64,000 nt of DNA, taken from the NCBI GenBank assembly GCA_010093745.1, contig MU005961.1, forward strand, positions 248,001 through 312,000. The letters run 5' to 3'. Below the pieces are notes generated by a model. That model was given only the letters and a program-made list of their open reading frames with translations, ran no database searches and was not told the origin of the DNA. Source of the stretch: Piedraia hortae CBS 480.64. Lineage: Eukaryota. Of this stretch, positions 58,734 through 64,000 are shown in pieces (position 1 is the stretch's first letter; every line of letters starts with the position of its first letter). The translations under genes were made by a program, and so were the position numbers.

Positions 58734-61106
58734 CTACACAATGCCAATCCCATTTCTGGGGCCAGATCTTTCTACAACCACCATCTCCCGCCCCGAGTCC
58801 CCCAATGGCATCACGGCAAGGATGTTTCTGTATTTGAAAGACGACCACGTCTTTTCTTTGCGGTCGTTTGCTTCTCCATCACCATCCTCATCTTCGTCTC
58901 CATTCTCTTGACATTTTTCATCATCCTGGTCCCCCTCACCCTCCTCATCAACGAACTCCTTAAGCGCCTTGCCACTTATTCTTCTACTCCTCCTCAACGT
59001 CGTCTCATCCGTGCCCTCCGTGCCCTCCGTGCCCTTCATCCCATTCTCTTTTCTCCGCTTCTTCGCACTCGCATCCACCTCCAACGTAGTCCCATTCTCC
59101 CGTTTCCTCTTCTTAGCGATAGCATCCTTCCCAGCCGTCTCAGCCGAGACCTCAACCATAGATAACCATGAAGGCCCATAGACCCAAATTCGTCCTCTAT
59201 CGTCCCACAACGCGCCTGCCGCACAATCCCTAAAGCGAAGCTTCCTCTCCCCTTTCACCCTCGCGCCAGCGAGAAGATCAACATCCACAATTTCATTCGC
59301 ATTTGTTACAACCACAAGGCGCAGCGAGCCGTCTCCCTTCGCCGGAGGGAAGCTCAAAACCTGCGCATCCGGAATCTGGGCGGGAGGATTCGGACGCCAA
59401 GTCTGACCGTAAAACACCACCTCCTCAGCCTCATCGTCGGAATAATCATCATCGTCCGAATCATCAGATCTCCGAGCGGGGGGGTTTTCCACCGTTCTAG
59501 TCTCCACAGCGTCCGCATCAGAATCGTACTCCCCATGTAACCTCCACGAGTCGATGTAACCTGCTATGTCGCCGACGGCGAGGGCACGCGAGTCTGCACT
59601 CCACGCTACACGGACGATGTTGCTTTCGTACCTGCTAAAGCCGCTTTGCGGGTTATAAGTATGCACTGCGCGCTCCAGCTCGGCAGTCTCGGCGAGACAT
59701 ATCCCGTCTAGGAAACGCGCAATGTGGATTTCGTTTGAGGCGGTCAGGATCGCTAGCCATGCTCCGTCGGGGGAGAAGGCGAGGAATTTTGCGCTTAAAG
59801 AGGAGATTTCTTCTGGGAGAGGTGATTTTTGGATTGAGATGGAGGATTCGTTTCGGGGGGTGAGGCGGAAGAGTTTTATCTTATCGAGGGTTGAGACGAT
59901 GAGGATGTTTCCATCGGGTGAAAGTGCGGCGGAGGAGATTCGTGAAACGAGGAGGGAGAGCTTCGCTACGAGTTTTCGAGTTCCCGGGTCGAGATGCCAG
60001 ATCCAGATTTCGGAGTCCCACCAGCTGGCTAGTAGGCGTGCATGAGGCGCGGTTGTGGCTGCTGCGCTGGCGGGTAGAGCGGCTGCTGGACGTGGCTTTT
60101 CGCTGTGTTTCCCGTGGAGGGGGATGACAGAGGGTGTAAACTCGCTGCCGCCGGTTATGACTGCGCTTTCGGCGTTGGATGCGTCGTAGCATGTCATGGC
60201 TTTTACTTCCCCTGAATGAACCCGTCGATGGCTCGTCTTCGCCCATACGCTCGAGCGTTTGAACGTCGCTACACGGCCGTCAATGTCGCCGGAGAAGAGA
60301 ATTTTCCCGTCCGAAGTAACGGCGAGGTCGACGCAGTCGGTGTTGTGGCCTGCGAAGCGGCGCAGAAGGGAGTAGTTCTTCCCGTCCCAGAAACTGACAT
60401 GGCCGTTGGAGTCGGCGGAAGCAATGTCCCCGTTGGGGAAGGTCTGTACTTGCCAGACGAGGGCAGACTTGGGTGCCCCTGGAACGCTTGCGCCGAGGGC
60501 CATCTGTCTAGTCTGCGAGGCAGTGCGTGTATTGTATATGCGAATTACCCCATCGGCGAACCCGGCTACTACCACGTCTGGCCCCTGATAAGTGACGCAC
60601 ATGCACCTTGCATTTTTCCCGGTGAATCTGGCAAGGTATCTCTTGAATAGCAGATTGTCTTCGGCCGTGGAGAGTAGAACAAGACTCCCGTCCCCTGCAC
60701 CAGCGACCAGCTCAGCTGCCGCACTATCCTTCGTAATCGGTTGTGCAGCAAGACACCAGATCTCACTGCTATTCCCCATCCAGCGCCTCCGGACAGTTCC
60801 CGTTCCGAGATCCCACTCCGTCACCTCTGGCGACGAAGCAATGCTGAAGAGACGATACTGATGAAAACTGGGATCCCTCGTCCACGCGAGTCCATCAATT
60901 CCCTTGTCTCCGCCTCCGAAAGCCATCTCTTGCACACACAGGCCATCCGAGTTTCTCCACATTTCCACCCGTCCATTTGCTCGGCCAACAGCCAGTCTAA
61001 GTAGAGGCAAGGGCTCGCTAATACCACTGTCGCTTGATCGAGAAAATGCGAGCGCTGAAATGGCGGCTTCCGGGTAGGGAACGAAGCGGCAGCGGTGGAC
61101 GTCCAT
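58734..61106 (-). CDS. UTP4: U3 snoRNP / SSU processome WD40 protein Utp4 (cirhin)
   Basis: MDVHRCRFVPY, LRLAVGRANGRVEMW, RLFSI, ADSNGHVSFWDGKNYSL, HRRVHSGEVKAM, KYRNIL..EMVVVER. Confidence 0.93.
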   Translation of the reverse strand: MDVHRCRFVPYPEAAISALAFSRSSDSGISEPLPLLRLAVGRANGRVEMWRNSDGLCVQEMAFGGGDKGIDGLAWTRDPSFHQYRLFSIASSPEVTEWDLGTGTVRRRWMGNSSEIWCLAAQPITKDSAAAELVAGAGDGSLVLLSTAEDNLLFKRYLARFTGKNARCMCVTYQGPDVVVAGFADGVIRIYNTRTASQTRQMALGASVPGAPKSALVWQVQTFPNGDIASADSNGHVSFWDGKNYSLLRRFAGHNTDCVDLAVTSDGKILFSGDIDGRVATFKRSSVWAKTSHRRVHSGEVKAMTCYDASNAESAVITGGSEFTPSVIPLHGKHSEKPRPAAALPASAAATTAPHARLLASWWDSEIWIWHLDPGTRKLVAKLSLLVSRISSAALSPDGNILIVSTLDKIKLFRLTPRNESSISIQKSPLPEEISSLSAKFLAFSPDGAWLAILTASNEIHIARFLDGICLAETAELERAVHTYNPQSGFSRYESNIVRVAWSADSRALAVGDIAGYIDSWRLHGEYDSDADAVETRTVENPPARRSDDSDDDDYSDDEAEEVVFYGQTWRPNPPAQIPDAQVLSFPPAKGDGSLRLVVVTNANEIVDVDLLAGARVKGERKLRFRDCAAGALWDDRGRIWVYGPSWLSMVEVSAETAGKDAIAKKRKRENGTTLEVDASAKKRRKENGMKGTEGTEGTDETTLRRSRRISGKALKEFVDEEGEGDQDDEKCQENGDEDEDGDGEANDRKEKTWSSFKYRNILAVMPLGDSGREMVVVERSGPRNGIGIV

Positions 61107-61791
61107 TGCTACTAATTAATATTGATCATGGAATTTTCAGTCGTGATCGCGAACGATATGTAATCCTTAGTGTTGGTAGAAAAAAAGTTCGGACATCAAA
61201 GTGGATCGGGCCGTCGGAACGGGCCGCACATACATCTCGGATGAACGTGACATCTGTTCTTGGCGCAATGCGTAAGAGGCAGTCCATAGTGGGTTCAGAG
61301 GGAAGTTTCGGATATCCATAACAGGCTCAACGAGGAGCTTCGGGCTATCGATCGTCCGGTGGAAAGAAAGTGCCATTAAGATTCACAACCTGCCGCTAGC
61401 TTGGCCCACAGCGTGCCTATTTTCATTTTTCTCATGGCAGAAACATGGCGGCAAACGTGCATCGAGACTGCAGCCTGAAACTTAGGCGCCGTTACGACAA
61501 GGCGTCAAGTATTCCAAATCGGCCTTGCGAAAGGTTCACGGTAACTTTGGTGGACGGTAAGGTCGGTGGATTGGTACTCCGGCAGACTATTCAGAACAAC
61601 AAAATAATTAAGACATCTCGCCCACCCAGCGGTCTCAAAAAACCAGTAGTGCTTTTGGAAGCCTCACCTCCCAGGCCGGGCGACATGATGTAGTATATAC
61701 TCAACAGTGCAAAGGAACGAACGCTGGCAATGATGCTGATTTATGGTGGTACAATGCAGTCACGTAGGACGGTGACGATGAGACACTGCAG

Positions 61792-63016
61792 TCAATGCGC
61801 AAGTGTTGACGGGAGGTATTGCGCCCCGTAATGTGCATGCATCGACGGTCCGCTTGCGGGCGGCGTCGGCGTGGCCGCGTGGGCCCGATACCCATAAACC
61901 TGGTCCATATAGTCGCGGTCGGGCGTAATCGGTGGGGTGAGAACGCCAATCGGGACGCTTGCATGGCCCGGCTTGTGCGGTGTCTGTGGATGCAGATCTG
62001 GGGCTTCGGCCGCCCTAACGGTGCGCTGTGCGCTCTGTGCAGACAGCATTGCCTGGTGCTGGAGGAACGCTGCAACCTTTGTCGACACCGACGACAGCTG
62101 CGGCGACGCGTACTTGAGCGACAGCGCCTGCGACGGCTGGTTCAGGATGTTGGAAAGGTTGAGCGCCACCTGTGCGTCGTAGCCCACTGTCCAGTCGGAA
62201 GAATACGGCTGTGGCCGGCCCAGAATGCACTGTGCCAGTGTCAAGGCCGAGGAAGCCATGACCGACGGCCGCACGGGAATAAACTCCTTGTGGTACAGCG
62301 CCAATTCCGTCAGGTACGACGCCATATGCTCCAGCTCAGAATCGGGCTTTGGCAGCTGCAGGAAAGTCGTTGTCGTCGGATGACCGATGATCCAGTCGAG
62401 CGTTTGCAGTACATGCCATTCCATCTGCGTGAACATATCTTCCTCGTAAAGGGAACAGCACATTGACCGAAGCTCGCGAACCAGTGGCACCCGTTCTTTG
62501 CGGTCACCGTACTTAGCGGCAATGAGCAAAGTTGCACAACCAACCAGTTGGTAGTGTCGTTTGTACACCACTCGCCGTGAGCAATACCGATCCAGCAGGT
62601 TGATGGCAAGATGGAGCGTCTCTGGAAGCAATTGGAAGGCGTGATGGGCCTCAATCAGAAAATCAAGCAGATATGGCCTCATGTACCATTGGATCTCTGT
62701 CTGAATCTCAATCGACTGAATGTCAGGCATCGTGAGAGACTGTACCGTGTAAGCAACCAGCGTTTGAGCTTGAAATTTACCAACCCACCTCCATATGCAG
62801 TAAATGGGAAAAGACGTCTCCCTGATACTCTGCAGCCGTGAGGTGAGACAGTTCTCTCGCCAAGATTCTCTGATGTCCCTTGGCCAGGCTGCGATGATGT
62901 TCGCGCTCTGCAGCCGCACGGGCATAGATGCCATCCTCGTCTCCGTAATCTTCAACAAAGTACGTATCGCAGTAGCCGTATGCCGGACACACGTTCGCTG
63001 TTTGCGGATATCCCAT
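61792..63016 (-). CDS. G1/S-type cyclin (Cln/Puc1-like); intron 62740-62788
   Basis: EYQGDVFSHLLHME|SLTMPDIQSIEIQTEIQWYMRPYLLDFLIEAH, LDRYCSRRVVYKRHYQLVGC, AAKYGD; PEST-like tail with TP sites (LTPPITP). Confidence 0.92.
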
Positions 63017-63167
63017 TGCCTCGATAATATACTAATGATGCGGGAACAAAAAAACCCAAAAACAAAAAATCAGGTCGCCGATGTAATGATAGTATTAGTT
63101 GGAAATGGTCGAAGGAATGAATGCAGCAATGAAATGGCGAGAGGTTGTATGATATGGTCCTCGGGAG

Positions 63168-63245
63168 CTGTAGAGGCAAAGATTAGCATCGTAGAGCCCA
63201 ATAGCAGCGGAGCAAGGCAAGTAAAGTATAATGCTGCTCACATAC
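63168..63245 (-). other. Probable 5'UTR intron of the cyclin gene
   Basis: Minus strand AAG|GTATGT...GCTAAT...CTACAG; an in-frame TAG before ATG 63016 shows the flanking exon is non-coding. Confidence 0.65.
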
Positions 63246-64000
63246 CTTATATTGGGACCTTTAGATTGGCTACGGCCAGTGCAGCATACAAGACAGCTCC
63301 TTGCAAGCCACAGCTGGAATCGTGATTGGCCCACGAAATGTCACCCGCCAGTCGTTACAGAGCACGAGCTAACGCCTCCGCAGTTGCGACAAAGCTTTCT
63401 GGTGAAGGGGGATTGGACGTTGGTTGCTGGGGAATGCCGTCAGTCTGGCCCCTTGAAGAATTCAAAACTCGGCAAGGGACGGAGAGACCAAGCTCGACCG
63501 TCAAAGATTGCACTCACCTTGGCAACGTGGTGCCAAGCAAGGCTGCAATATTGAGACTGGCACCTGCGTGTTGGGGCTGCGGGCTGCATTGCAACTGTTA
63601 GCAACAGACCTCGAAGCTGAACCACATATTTCTTGCCACTTAGCTGCCCGGAACTGAGAGCGGAGGGGTTCTCTAGAGTGTAGATTGGCTCAGGGGGGTA
63701 ATTTGGTGTGGAATTTGGTGTGGGTATGGACTGTCGACTGCGAGGAATGCGGCTGCAGCAGAAGCCTCGGATCTGCTGCGAGTGCACTTGACGGATATCC
63801 AAAACATATATGAGGTGCCAGAGTAGGATCACTTCATGTCCAGTATTCGATCCAGCTGCCGAATGGTATTCATGGCGTAGTCACACCGCGGATGAAGAGT
63901 TTTCCCAGAGCACCGCCCCAGCTTTTACGCAGACTCGAGGATGATTGCCCTCCTCTTGTGCAACAGCGTAATGGCTCGTTCTTACCTTTTTTTTTTGATG

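Noticed and set aside
62804..63832. Several 75-170 aa ORFs upstream of the cyclin
   Set aside because: Mostly non-ATG starts or antisense, with no protein-like features; region fits a long 5'UTR and promoter.

Overview
This is eukaryotic DNA: a gene-dense region of a filamentous ascomycete genome (protein styles suggest Dothideomycetes, but that is inference). It holds about 33 protein-coding genes, mostly housekeeping (eIF3a, G3BP/Bre5-like, Ral2/Mds3-like kelch-BTB, 1-Cys peroxiredoxin, two MFS transporters, Vps5, F-box, NudC, DUF1769, Rad2/XPG, Ole1, Nbs1, Fab1, a Tpz1/Est3-like OB protein, Rps2, Ppz, Cox10, a GST-omega-like reductase, DCAF7- and WDR6-like WD40s, Png1, Utp4, a G1 cyclin), plus an intron-containing tRNA-Thr(AGT). 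Introns are short (mostly 41-57 nt, GT..CTRAC..YAG) and I placed them by hand. I found no CRISPR array, intact transposon, biosynthetic cluster or clearly new multi-gene system. The most unusual signal is compositional: at five or more places the + strand switches abruptly from a ~0.5 kb C/A-rich block to a ~0.5 kb G/T-rich block. This happens inside genes of either orientation and looks like a local replication-type strand-asymmetry footprint; it was judged by eye, not computed. Other points worth checking are an in-frame TGA in an otherwise intact monocarboxylate transporter, a Png1 with catalytic His replaced by Tyr, a tail-anchored septin-like GTPase with an altered G4 motif, a stop-riddled coiled-coil relic, and AP-1/Yap-type sites upstream of two antioxidant genes. 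Product calls come from recalled family motifs; no database search was run.
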